Below, piece by piece: positions 37,547 to 46,623 of a DNA stretch of 64,000 nucleotides. The notes below the pieces were generated by a model. That model did no database searches. It had not been told where the DNA came from and was given only the letters and a program-made list of their open reading frames with translations. Origin of the DNA: Planctomycetota bacterium (lineage in GTDB: Bacteria; Planctomycetota; Phycisphaerae; UBA1845; UTPLA1); assembly GCA_003576905.1 (NCBI GenBank), contig QEVG01000003.1:51357-115356 (forward strand), given 5' to 3'. Numbering within the stretch: the first letter of the stretch is position 1; every line of letters starts with the position of its first letter. The position numbers and the translations under genes were made by a program.

Positions 37547-37819
37547 ATGCCCCGATTCACGGGTGATTTTCAAGGAAAATGCGAAGCATGCGACGAATAC
37601 GTCGAATTCGCCGTTGGAATCCAGACCGATCGGACGCCTGTCGCCATGCATTTCGGACCCTCCGGCCCGCAGCCGGTGCGCCTGATCGACGTGGAACTGG
37701 GCATTCTGCTTGAAGACACGGCGGAGATTCGCATCCGCTTTGAGTGCCCTTTGTGCGGGGGCGATTCCTCCGGAAAGCTGACCTGCCGACATGTCCCCGA
37801 CCCCCTGTCCGCGAGTTGA
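37547..37819 (+). CDS. Small hypothetical CxxC..CPxC protein
   Basis: GGAGA lies 9 nt upstream of the ATG. There are two Cys pairs (CEAC, CPLC). No family assigned. Confidence 0.4.
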   Translation: MPRFTGDFQGKCEACDEYVEFAVGIQTDRTPVAMHFGPSGPQPVRLIDVELGILLEDTAEIRIRFECPLCGGDSSGKLTCRHVPDPLSAS

Positions 37820-38076
37820 AACCATAGTAATGCGACAGTATCCGGCAGCACCGCTTCGGCCGCGAGGATAATGCTCGCGCCGGGCAAATTGGCCGATCGG
37901 GTGCGTTTGCGCGGGTTTCGTAGGCCGGGCCGGGGCGGCCTGCGCAAAGTTCGCCGACGCGGGGCCACGATCCCATCTCATTGGTAATACCGGGCCGCAA
38001 CCTGTCCGATACTCGCCGTGCCCCAGACCGCCGGGCGAATGATTCGTCGCCGCGCCGCTTTGCAAGGAACACGACC

Positions 38077-38538
38077 ATGGACCTGCGATATCTCGAACGA
38101 AGACAGGACCCGCGAACGCCGACCTATGTGCCGATCTCAATCCTCGTCGACGGCCGGGAGTCGGAAACGCCGGCGCACCTGGTCGACCTGTCCTCCTGCG
38201 GGGCGGCCGTACTTCTGACTCAGCACCACGCTCCGGAAATCGGCGAACATCTCAACGTGCATTTCGAGATTCCCAACAACGACGGCGGAGCCGAGACCAC
38301 CCGGCGCATTGAATCCGGCATCGTGGTCAACGCGACCACTCCTGAGCGCGGTGTCCGGCGCGTCGGCATCCGGTTCTTCGAGCGGCCGGAATTCGGCAGT
38401 GAATGGATCGTTCCAACCGACCTCCTTTCCTGGCACAAGAAGACGAAGCTAGCCGACGGTTTACACGAAAGCCGTTGGCAGACTGCCCGGAACTTCACTC
38501 TCGCGAACTCCGCAAAGCCCGCTCCGCTGAACGCCTGA
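38077..38538 (+). CDS. PilZ-domain protein
   Basis: RRQDPR (RxxxR) and DLSSCGAAV (D/NxSxxG) c-di-GMP-binding motifs at the N-terminus. ATG at 38077. Confidence 0.75.
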   Translation: MDLRYLERRQDPRTPTYVPISILVDGRESETPAHLVDLSSCGAAVLLTQHHAPEIGEHLNVHFEIPNNDGGAETTRRIESGIVVNATTPERGVRRVGIRFFERPEFGSEWIVPTDLLSWHKKTKLADGLHESRWQTARNFTLANSAKPAPLNA

Positions 38539-38687
38539 TCCGTCGCCGCCGCGATGCCTTTGAGTTCCACCATTCCAGCCTGACTCGAAAGTAATCCAGT
38601 GCTGGCCCCCCTGTACCGGTGGCGATATACTCCGCGCCCTGGCAGGCCGCCGGGTCTGCGCGTGTGACTCAGCCTCGGTAGATCACA

Positions 38688-39725
38688 ATGGCCGCCCCCA
38701 TTAAATCCCCGCCAGCCGCCCGCCGTTTCATTGACGCCTTGCAGCCCGGCGAACAGATCGCCGATCAGGTCTTCCTGATTCACAAAAAAGACCTGCGTAC
38801 GACGACCAACGGCGGCTTGTACATTCATCTCGTGCTGGCGGATCGCACCGGGCAGCTCCTGGGGCGCGTGTGGAGCGCCACACAGCAACAGTACGACTCC
38901 ATTCCCGAAGGCGGTTTTCTCCGAATCCGCGGCCGGACCGAGTCCTACAAGGGTGCCCTTCAGTTCATCGTCGACGGCATGCGCCCCGCCGCGCCGGGCG
39001 AGTACGATCTCGGCGACTTCATTCCGCGCACGCCCTACGACGTCGACGAGATGTGGGAACGCGTGCTCGCAATCCTGCGCACAATCAAGAACCCGCACCT
39101 TCTCGCACTGATCAAGGCCTTTGTCAAAGACGAAGGAATTGTCGCAAGCTTCAAAAAGGCTCCCGCGGCGGTCGCCAATCACCATGCCTACGTCGGCGGC
39201 CTGCTGGAGCATACGCTGAGCCTGCTCGACCTGGCGACGCGCATCTTCGGCAAGTCGGACGAAAAGGAGAGTCATTACCCGTTTGTGAGCCGAGATCTCA
39301 TCCTCGCCGGCATCTTCCTGCACGATATCGGGAAAACGGTCGAGCTGACGTACGACACGAATTTCACCTATACGTCCGGCGGGCAGCTGGTGGGCCACAT
39401 CGCACAGGCGGCGGTCTGGATCGATCGAAAGGCAGCCGAAGTCGAGGAGGATACGGGCAAGCCGTTCCCCGAGGACATCCAACAGGTCCTGACGCACATC
39501 ATCCTGTCGCATCATGGTCAGTACGAGTTTGGGAGTCCCAAGCTCCCGGCGTGCCCCGAGGCCATTGCCATCCATTATCTGGACAACATCGACGCAAAGT
39601 TGAACATGGCGGCGACGGCCATCCGAGAGGCCCGAAACTCGGAAAGCGACTGGACGGAATGGGTCAAGGCCCTGGAAACGCGGATTTACAAGAAAGACGT
39701 CATGGGGATTCGCAGGGAGGCATAG
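38688..39725 (+). CDS. YhaM-like 3'-5' exoribonuclease (OB-fold plus HD domain)
   Basis: N-terminal OB fold (..TTTNGGLYIHLVLADRTGQLLGRVW..FLRIRGRTESYKGALQF) and HD domain (HHAYVGGLLEHT, FLHDIGK, SHHG..EFGSP, IHYLDNIDAK). Confidence 0.85.
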   Translation: MAAPIKSPPAARRFIDALQPGEQIADQVFLIHKKDLRTTTNGGLYIHLVLADRTGQLLGRVWSATQQQYDSIPEGGFLRIRGRTESYKGALQFIVDGMRPAAPGEYDLGDFIPRTPYDVDEMWERVLAILRTIKNPHLLALIKAFVKDEGIVASFKKAPAAVANHHAYVGGLLEHTLSLLDLATRIFGKSDEKESHYPFVSRDLILAGIFLHDIGKTVELTYDTNFTYTSGGQLVGHIAQAAVWIDRKAAEVEEDTGKPFPEDIQQVLTHIILSHHGQYEFGSPKLPACPEAIAIHYLDNIDAKLNMAATAIREARNSESDWTEWVKALETRIYKKDVMGIRREA

Positions 39726-39892
39726 GTGAATCCCTTATATGAACTCTAATCGCGCTGCTCGCCCGGCCGCCGACAATAGGCTCCGAATACCCCCTGAAAC
39801 AGGTAGTAGCATTGATCGTGCCGGGCGCCCCACTTCCGGTGAACGTGTCCGTTCTCGCGAAAATCTCCTGGAGAATTACCGCGCATGCGGTA

Positions 39893-39921
39893 CTTAACAT
39901 TGTCACAGACTATTGGTATTG
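39893..39921 (+). promoter_or_regulatory. Candidate sigma70-type promoter for the 39969 gene
   Basis: TTAACA-N17-TATTGT in an AT-richer intergenic stretch about 50 nt upstream of the ATG. Pattern match only. Confidence 0.25.
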
Positions 39922-39968
39922 TACCGTCAGTAACAGAGGAATGAGGCTCTCGCAAAAGAGGAACAACT

Positions 39969-40391
39969 ATGGCCAGCAAGACAATCAATGACCTTCAGAG
40001 CCTCGTGCAGAAGCTGCAGACGGAGCGGCAGGAACACCTCGATGCCATCGCGCGCATTGATGACGCGTTCAATGACCTTGGGCTAAGCCCCATGGATCGC
40101 CCCCGCCGCGGCCGGAAGCCGGGGCGCAAACCCGGAAAAAAGGCGGGGCGCGTGGGGCGCCCGACCAGTTCGAAGAGGAAGCGATATGGGATGAGCGGCA
40201 CGAAGTCCATCATGGCCTTCGTGGGTCGCCACGGGGCCAAGGGCGCCAGCGGCGCGGAAATCGCCAACCACTGGAAGTCCGAAGGCCGGCGCGGCAGCAG
40301 CTACAACATCCTGGGTTCGCTGATCAAGGCGGGACGGCTCAAGAAAAAGACCGTCAAGGGCGTGCGCGGCAGCGTTTACCTCGCCGCCTGA
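39969..40391 (+). CDS. Small basic DNA-binding-like protein: coiled coil, AT-hook-like tract, winged helix resembling the linker-histone H1/H5 globular domain
   Basis: PRRGRKPGRKPGKKAGRVGRP tract. The C-terminal ..SIMAFVGRHGAKGASGAEIANHWKS....ILGSLIKAGRLKKKTVKGVRGSVYLA parallels GH5 ..[26 protein letters not shown]...LLAAGVLKQTKGVGASGSFRLA (aligned by eye). Confidence 0.6.
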   Translation: MASKTINDLQSLVQKLQTERQEHLDAIARIDDAFNDLGLSPMDRPRRGRKPGRKPGKKAGRVGRPTSSKRKRYGMSGTKSIMAFVGRHGAKGASGAEIANHWKSEGRRGSSYNILGSLIKAGRLKKKTVKGVRGSVYLAA

Positions 40392-40413
40392 CACGATCAC
40401 TCGTACACACCTC

Positions 40414-40444
40414 GGAGCCGGGCGAGCCCCCGGCTCTTTTTTTT
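40414..40444 (+). terminator. Rho-independent terminator
   Basis: GAGCCGGG-CGAGC-CCCGGCTC hairpin followed by 8 T. The T-run overlaps the stop codon of the convergent 40443-41942 gene. Confidence 0.85.
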
Positions 40445-41942
40445 AGAATCGCAGAATTGTCTGCACGTAGAAGCGATCGCTGTCCGGGGAATCGCCGGTG
40501 TTTCGTACAAACGCGCCGGGAAAAAAGTGCGCGTATCCGATCTCGATCGAGAGGTGCTGGCTGATGTCATGGTGCATGAACAAGTCGATCTCCGTTCCGA
40601 CGAAATCACCGCTCTGCCCGGTCGGGTCCTGCCGGTCGGCGCGCGCCCAGGCGTCGGTATCGCTCGCCAGCCAGACCGTTCGGTAGATGGAATTGAGCCG
40701 CGTGGACTTTGTCGGGGAGGCGCTGAGCTGCACCGACGGCTGGATCATGTTCGACCAGATGAAGTAATCCAGGAATCCGTAATGCCCGTTGGACGAGCCG
40801 AAGAGGCGGTCGAATGTGTTGTCGATGCCGTCGTTCGGGTCGCGATCCCCGGAGGCGTAGTTCACCCAGAACGCAACACGGGGATGCCACGGATGAGCAA
40901 AGGTGTATCCGATCTCGGCGTGCGTCGCGAACGCCCGCTGCGAGAGTCCGAGGTTGTTTCCGTACTGAAAGGCGACATCGAGGTCGTAGTCAAATCCTGA
41001 CGAGCCGATATCGCCATAGACGTGTACGCCGGGGGTGTGGAGGTCGGCGTCTTCGGCGTTCCAGCCTTTGTTATCTTCGTCGAGGATAAAGTAATACGGT
41101 TCAATCCAGGCGAGGGGAGCAAATCCGCGCCAGGCCCCCACCACACCGTAAAACCACTGCTCCTCGTTGGATCGATTCGGCTGAACCGTTCGGATGTCGA
41201 CAGGCTGTACGGCGAAGAACTCGAGTTCCCAGGGTGTTTCGCGGTTGCCCGCGCGAATCCGGAATCCATCAAACGCGTTGCAGGTGTTTCGAAATCCGTT
41301 CCGGCTGCGGAGCCTGCGATCGATATAGTCATTGGCTAGCCGGCCGAACTGGAAGCTCAGCGGCTGGCTCAGTCCGAGTGACTCCCCAAAATACAACTCC
41401 GCATAGGCCTGCAGGATGTCGTTTTCGTCGACGGTGTTGCGCTCCGGGGGGGCGGTCGCATTGAACTGACGCGAGTCCTGAAACTCGAAGCCGAACCGGA
41501 GCGGGTCGATCAATTCGCGAACGCCCAGAAACGCGCGGGAGCGAAGCGAAAAGGGCTCGTCGCGCGGTACGCCGTTGTCATAGTTGTCGTCAAATATTTC
41601 AAACCGCGTGCGCTGTTCGATGCCCATCAGCATCCAGTCCGGTGCCGCCGGATCCCACACCGTGAGCGGATGCGCGTAGTCCACCGGTTCGGCAGTTCGG
41701 CCGGCCGATTGCGCGCGGGACGGTCGGTACCACTGCGTCGTTTGTGCCTTGGTGGGCTGGGTGGTCGATGCAGATGGCTGCGAATTCGGCTGCGCTCGTG
41801 CCGCACTTGCCAGGGCAATCGCGATGGCCAACGCGGATGAACGAGAACGCCGAATCGTTCGCGCTCCTTCCGAACCGCTCCCCCGTCGGAACGAGCGAAT
41901 CCAACATCCCGTTCTTTCGATCGGAGAATGCGAGTCCGGCAC
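40443..41942 (-). CDS. Alginate-export (AlgE-like) family outer-membrane beta-barrel
   Basis: Signal peptide and alternating beta-strand pattern. N-terminal ..GIEQRTRFEIFDDNYDNG.. resembles the Alginate_exp family. C-terminal ..YVQTILRF ends in an aromatic residue. Confidence 0.7.
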   Translation of the reverse strand: MPDSHSPIERTGCWIRSFRRGSGSEGARTIRRSRSSALAIAIALASAARAQPNSQPSASTTQPTKAQTTQWYRPSRAQSAGRTAEPVDYAHPLTVWDPAAPDWMLMGIEQRTRFEIFDDNYDNGVPRDEPFSLRSRAFLGVRELIDPLRFGFEFQDSRQFNATAPPERNTVDENDILQAYAELYFGESLGLSQPLSFQFGRLANDYIDRRLRSRNGFRNTCNAFDGFRIRAGNRETPWELEFFAVQPVDIRTVQPNRSNEEQWFYGVVGAWRGFAPLAWIEPYYFILDEDNKGWNAEDADLHTPGVHVYGDIGSSGFDYDLDVAFQYGNNLGLSQRAFATHAEIGYTFAHPWHPRVAFWVNYASGDRDPNDGIDNTFDRLFGSSNGHYGFLDYFIWSNMIQPSVQLSASPTKSTRLNSIYRTVWLASDTDAWARADRQDPTGQSGDFVGTEIDLFMHHDISQHLSIEIGYAHFFPGAFVRNTGDSPDSDRFYVQTILRF

Positions 41943-42195
41943 CGACGATCCCTTGGGTCTGACGAGAAAGCGGCCAGAAGCCGCGATCGACGATTAAGAT
42001 TCCATTAAAACGAAATTCGTGCATGTGACAAGCCGTCTCCTGGGACAGGATTGCGGATGAAAGGCTTGGGCGATTCTCATGGGCGATTCCGCTCAAAGAT
42101 CGGCCGGGCCGCGCAAACACGGTGCTCGCGGGTTGGGCTACGGCCCCCCGAACATGGAAAGGGAGCGGATATAAGGGCGGAAACAAGCGGTGAAC

Positions 42196-42531
42196 TTAAC
42201 TTCCGGCCGAAAGCGCGGCATCGACCGACTTGTGCACGTCAAAGAACTTATCGAGCCGCGTGGTCTTGAGGACGCCGTCGACAAAGGCGCTGAGATTGCA
42301 CAACACCAGCCTCGAGCCCTGTGAATTGGCCAATGCCGTGATGCGCACGAGGTCGCCCAGTCCCGCCGAACTGACGTAGGCCACCTCCCCCATCTCGAGC
42401 ACCACGTGGGCGCCGGTCTCGTCAACGAGCCGGGTCACCGTGTCCACCCATGCCCGCTCGTCGCCGCCGGTCATCGATCCGGCCAGCCAGACGATTTTCG
42501 CCGATCCCCGATCTTCAACGTGAAGTTTCAT
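42196..42531 (-). CDS. STAS-domain protein (anti-sigma-factor antagonist-like)
   Basis: ..VVLEMGEVAYVSSAGLGDLV.......GSRLVLCNLS..V..VLKTTRLDKFF is the typical SpoIIAA/RsbV fold signature, with Ser in the phosphorylatable position. Confidence 0.85.
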   Translation of the reverse strand: MKLHVEDRGSAKIVWLAGSMTGGDERAWVDTVTRLVDETGAHVVLEMGEVAYVSSAGLGDLVRITALANSQGSRLVLCNLSAFVDGVLKTTRLDKFFDVHKSVDAALSAGS

Positions 42532-42619
42532 GTCCGATTCTCGTTCTATGTGTCGTTTCGAGTCACGCGGCGCCGGCAGTTGCGATGGTCGCCTCGCGGT
42601 TCGGAGTCACTCGCCGTAG

Positions 42620-43042
42620 TCACTCCTCAGAGGCATCCTCATCGCGCGCGGGCGAACGTGGAGACTCGGGCGCGTCGAGCGCATCCCTTTGGCCGCGATC
42701 TTGAACCTCCTGCTGTTTTCGCTCGAGATCCAGCGTCCGCCGGCCGTCCTCCCATCCGCGATCGTATCCGTCCGCGTACTCCTTTTCTGTCATCCACAAC
42801 CACATCCAGCCCGCATGATCGTCGAAAATCGCCTGCTTTGCATCGCGCATTCCGTCGCGGTATCCGCGGCTGTACTCTCCCGACGAAAACGACATGGCCC
42901 GTCCCTGGTCCTTCTTCTGGGGGTCGTTGCAGGCCGGCCCACCCCAAAAGGACATCGCCAGGGCGAGGCACGCGACGGACATCCTCCGCCCCGCGCGGGA
43001 GCCGATCGCCGTCCGTCCTCCAGACATCAATTCATTCCGCAT
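42620..43042 (-). CDS. Hypothetical lipoprotein with YxxGY(R/D)xG repeats and acidic tail
   Basis: Internal starts at 43042 or 42982 avoid overlap with the upstream gene. LALAMSFWGGPAC is a lipobox. SRGYRDGMRD and YADGYDRGWEDG motifs are present. Confidence 0.5.
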   Translation of the reverse strand: MRNELMSGGRTAIGSRAGRRMSVACLALAMSFWGGPACNDPQKKDQGRAMSFSSGEYSRGYRDGMRDAKQAIFDDHAGWMWLWMTEKEYADGYDRGWEDGRRTLDLERKQQEVQDRGQRDALDAPESPRSPARDEDASEE

Positions 43043-43121
43043 GCCGTTATCGTCCTTCGCGCCATGCCCGTTCGCCCGGTCCCACCCACTGCGGCGATCG
43101 GATGTATCTCTCGGCCGGAAG

Positions 43122-43595
43122 CTACTTCTTCCGATGGCGATAGATGCCGCGTTCGCAGGAAACGACAAACGTCTCGGCCGTCGTCTTGAGCTGCTCCCAT
43201 TCCGTGCGAATTCGGGCTGATTCATCCATCTCGATATGACCGTCGTCGGCGACCGAGTCGCTCACCTCGTTCAGCAATTCGCTGAACGCCCGAACAAGGT
43301 GCTGGGTCGATTGAAGCAGGTCCGTATTGATGTTGTCGCACTGGGCTTCCGGATTATGCACGAAGAACCCGCCCGCCTGCTGACAGAGCCAGCTCACGAC
43401 GGGAATATGCCCCGTGACGCGGACGATTTCCCGGATTCGGTCGAGCGGGTTCCGCGTGCCGCTGGCGTCCGGGTCGTCCGCCTCGGACTCTTCGCACCAT
43501 TTGTAGATCAGCGCGGGGCTGAGGCGAAGCTCGGCGGCGAGGGCCTTTACTCCGACCTTCTCGGCCGCCTCCCGCAGTACTTCGTGCGATTCCAT
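43122..43595 (-). CDS. Phage CII (186/CP76)-like HTH regulatory protein
   Basis: HTH ..VKALAAELRLSPALIYKWCE.. and a C-terminal region ..LLQSTQHLVRAFSELLNEVSDSVADDGHIE..E.. that parallels phage 186 CII ..LQSYVMRAMSELGELASGAVSDERLT... Aligned from memory. Confidence 0.5.
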   Translation of the reverse strand: MESHEVLREAAEKVGVKALAAELRLSPALIYKWCEESEADDPDASGTRNPLDRIREIVRVTGHIPVVSWLCQQAGGFFVHNPEAQCDNINTDLLQSTQHLVRAFSELLNEVSDSVADDGHIEMDESARIRTEWEQLKTTAETFVVSCERGIYRHRKK

Positions 43596-43688
43596 GACCG
43601 TCTCCCATTTGCCGCGGACCGGACATCGCGCCCGGCCGAACTCTCCGCGGGGTCTGCATTATAATCGGCGGCGCCCCGGAGAAAACGT

Positions 43689-44570
43689 GTGAGCGAAACC
43701 ATGCCCGGTTTTCAGACCCTGACGACGCTCCGGGCACACCTGGAATCGGCCGGGCTTACTCCGCGAAAACTCTACGGCCAGCACTTTCTCATCGACGGAA
43801 ATCTGATGCGAAAACTCGTCGCCTCGGCGGAACTCACGCCGCAGGACAGGGTCCTTGAAATCGGAACAGCAACCGGAAGCCTGACCTCCCTGCTGGCCGC
43901 CGGCGCAGGGCACGTCGTGACCGTCGAAATCGACAGGAAGCTTGCGGAAATCTCGCAACAGGTGCTCGCCCCGTTCGCCAACGTCGTTCAGATCGTCGGC
44001 GACGCGATGAAAAGCAAGTCCGCACTCTCGCCACGAGTGCTCTCGGCGCTTGACCTTGCTCCCCCCGCCCCCGGCGGCGCCCTGAAACTCGTGGCCAACC
44101 TGCCTTATGACATTGCCACCAGTTTGGTGATGGACGTGCTGATCTGTCCGCTTCCGTTCGCGCGGCTCTGCTTCACCGTGCAGGCGGAAGTTGGAGACCG
44201 CTTCACGGCGGAACCCGGCTCAGGAAGCTACGGATCGGTCGGAATCCTCGCCCAGACATTTGCGCATGTACACCGCGTCCTGAAGGTTCCGCCCGAAGCT
44301 TTCTGGCCGCGGCCCAAGGTTGAATCCAGCATGCTCCGACTCGATCGACGCCCCGACAGGGAACAGCGGATTATCGATCGGGCGGGCTTCGCCCGCTTCG
44401 TGAGAAGTTTCTTCCTGCACCGGCGCAAGACCCTTTCGCACCTGGCGAGAAAAGAGGCCGACAGCGCGCGATTGCTTTCAGCTCTCTCCGGACTGGGAAT
44501 CGACCCGAAGGCGCGGCCGGAGGAAATCTCGGTTTCTCAATGGCAGTCGCTCTTCCTTGCCGCGTGCTGA
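43689..44570 (+). CDS. rsmA: 16S rRNA (adenine1518/1519-N6)-dimethyltransferase
   Basis: ..YGQHFLID.N....I.......VLEIG.G.G.LT..L, ANLPY.I.T typical KsgA motifs. GTG start (an alternative ATG is at 43701). Confidence 0.93.
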   Translation: MSETMPGFQTLTTLRAHLESAGLTPRKLYGQHFLIDGNLMRKLVASAELTPQDRVLEIGTATGSLTSLLAAGAGHVVTVEIDRKLAEISQQVLAPFANVVQIVGDAMKSKSALSPRVLSALDLAPPAPGGALKLVANLPYDIATSLVMDVLICPLPFARLCFTVQAEVGDRFTAEPGSGSYGSVGILAQTFAHVHRVLKVPPEAFWPRPKVESSMLRLDRRPDREQRIIDRAGFARFVRSFFLHRRKTLSHLARKEADSARLLSALSGLGIDPKARPEEISVSQWQSLFLAAC

Positions 44571-44652
44571 CGCCCCTTGCAACCCGCGTTATACTGAGCA
44601 TGTATGATCAGGCTCCCCTGTTGACCGGTCCAGCCGAGAGGAATCGCACGTA

Positions 44653-45117
44653 ATGGCCTCCCCGGATAGCCAGCCGACTTCGATAACGACGACACACCTC
44701 GTAAAAGGCGAGGATCTGAATCACCACCGAACGCTCTACGGCGGACGCTGCGTTGAATGGTGCGTTCACATGGCCTACGTCACGGCCCAGAACTGTTTTG
44801 AAAAGGCGCGTCCCCTCGTCTTCATGTCGATTCGCAGCCTGTCGATGCGTTCCCCGGCACGGCTGGGGGACATTGTCCAGCTCACCGGCAGCGTGGACTA
44901 CATCGGCGAATCGACCATCGGCGTGCGTGTCGACGGGATCAAACTTCAGCCCAAGGACGATCAGAAGCCGGTCGTCACCGGCACGTTCCTGTTTTGCACC
45001 GTCGACGAGGAAGGCCGGGCCGTGCCGCACGGTCTGCCGCAGGTCGCCAACTGTTCCAACGGCACGCGCAACCGCTGGAAATCGGCCGAACAGGAATACC
45101 TTTCCGCCTCATCCTGA
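44653..45117 (+). CDS. Acyl-CoA thioesterase (hotdog fold)
   Basis: ..GEDLNHHRTLYGGRCVEWCVHMAY.. and ..VTGTFLFCTVDEEGRAV.. match the YciA/Acot-type hotdog family. Confidence 0.8.
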   Translation: MASPDSQPTSITTTHLVKGEDLNHHRTLYGGRCVEWCVHMAYVTAQNCFEKARPLVFMSIRSLSMRSPARLGDIVQLTGSVDYIGESTIGVRVDGIKLQPKDDQKPVVTGTFLFCTVDEEGRAVPHGLPQVANCSNGTRNRWKSAEQEYLSASS

Positions 45118-45123
45118 CACGCC

Positions 45124-46563
45124 ATGGTCGTCGACGACACTATTGTCGCCGTAAGTTCGCCGCCGGGCCCGGCGATGCGGGGAATCATCCGGCTGTCAGG
45201 CCCGCGGGCCTCGGCGCTCGCCCAGCACGTGTTCAAACCAGACCTCGTCGGCCCGCTGGAGGCTGGACTAATGCCCCGGCGGGTTGTCGGAAAGGTAACC
45301 GTGGAGGCAGTGAGCCTGCCTGCGGCAGCCCTCGTCTTCCCTGCGCCGCGCAGCTACACCCGGCAGGACATTGTCGAGATCCACCTTCTCGGCGCTCCGA
45401 CCCTGCTGGGCATGGTGACCGAAGCGCTGCTCGCGTGTGGAGCCCGACGCGCTGAGCCCGGCGAGTTCACCGCCCGCGCCTTCCTGGCCGGAGCGATGGA
45501 CCTGTCGCAGGTCCACGGCATCGCCGGAATGATCGCCGCCGTTTCCGATGCCCAGCTCCGCGCCGCGGCCCGGCTGCTGCACGGGTCATTGTCGGAGACC
45601 GCCCCGAAAGCCCGCGAAGAAATCGCCGACCTCCTATCACTCGTGGAGGGCGCGCTGGACTTCGCCGACGAGCCCATCGAGTTCATTACTCCGGTCGCAT
45701 TGCGGGACCGGCTCGTGCGCGTCAAAAACCTCCTGGCCGACACATCGGCCGCTGGCCTGCGCACCGAGCGCTGGGGGCGTCTGCCGCGCGCCGTCCTCCT
45801 GGGCAGACCCAACGCCGGAAAGTCCAGTCTGTTCAACAGCCTTTCGGGCATGAACCGCGCGATCTGCGCTCCGGTTCCCGGTACCACGCGCGACGTGATA
45901 TCGGCTCCGATCCGCGCGGAGAGCGTCGAATGTCTGCTCCTCGACATCGCGGGCCTGGACGCCCCGCGGGATCGGATCGACGCGCGCGCGCAGGCCCAGG
46001 CACGGGAGGCCGTCGAATCGGCCGATGTCGTGCTCCTTGTGATCGACGCAGCCGAGATCGCAACCGGGTTTGACAGTGTCGGAGCGGCAAACTCTCCAAT
46101 CGCCGAGTTTCTCGCCGACGTGCAGGCATTTCTCCGCGAGGACCAGGCCCGGTTCATCGTCGCCAACAAGGCCGATCTCGTCAGCGACGCGCAGATGGCG
46201 TCCGTCGCGAACCTCCTGTGCGCATCGGCCACGTTGCCGGTGATTGAAACCAGCACAATCACCGGCGAGGGCTGCGACCACATTAGGAGTCTTATTGCCC
46301 GGGCGCTGTTTAACCGCCCGATGGACAAGGACGATGGAGCCATTGCCCTGATGGCTGAGCATCGGGAGGCGCTGGATGAGTCCGTAAATGCAGTCGACCG
46401 CGCCATCGCTCTGACGGTTCAATCCTCCGCGAGCCTCGCCGATGCTGACCTCGTCGCAGCCGAACTTCACGCCGCCGCCGCGGCGCTCGGCGCGCTGGTC
46501 GGCCGGGAGGACACCGAAGAACTGCTCGGCCGCATTTTCTCGCGATTCTGCGTCGGGAAGTAG
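45124..46563 (+). CDS. mnmE: tRNA modification GTPase MnmE
   Basis: DTIVA.SSPPG...IIRLSG, G-domain GRPNAGKSSLFN, DIAGL, NKADL, and the C-terminal FCVGK tetrapeptide. Confidence 0.95.
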   Translation: MVVDDTIVAVSSPPGPAMRGIIRLSGPRASALAQHVFKPDLVGPLEAGLMPRRVVGKVTVEAVSLPAAALVFPAPRSYTRQDIVEIHLLGAPTLLGMVTEALLACGARRAEPGEFTARAFLAGAMDLSQVHGIAGMIAAVSDAQLRAAARLLHGSLSETAPKAREEIADLLSLVEGALDFADEPIEFITPVALRDRLVRVKNLLADTSAAGLRTERWGRLPRAVLLGRPNAGKSSLFNSLSGMNRAICAPVPGTTRDVISAPIRAESVECLLLDIAGLDAPRDRIDARAQAQAREAVESADVVLLVIDAAEIATGFDSVGAANSPIAEFLADVQAFLREDQARFIVANKADLVSDAQMASVANLLCASATLPVIETSTITGEGCDHIRSLIARALFNRPMDKDDGAIALMAEHREALDESVNAVDRAIALTVQSSASLADADLVAAELHAAAAALGALVGREDTEELLGRIFSRFCVGK

Positions 46564-46623
46564 CCGCGCGGCATGCGACATCGCACGCATCCGCCGGTAT
46601 CATGCCCCGCCCGGGAGCCCAAA

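Noticed and set aside
37895-37905. Possible att-like direct repeat of the tRNA-Arg 3' end.
   Set aside because: It is only an 11-nt imperfect match with no integrase or other mobile-element genes, well within chance expectation in 64 kb.
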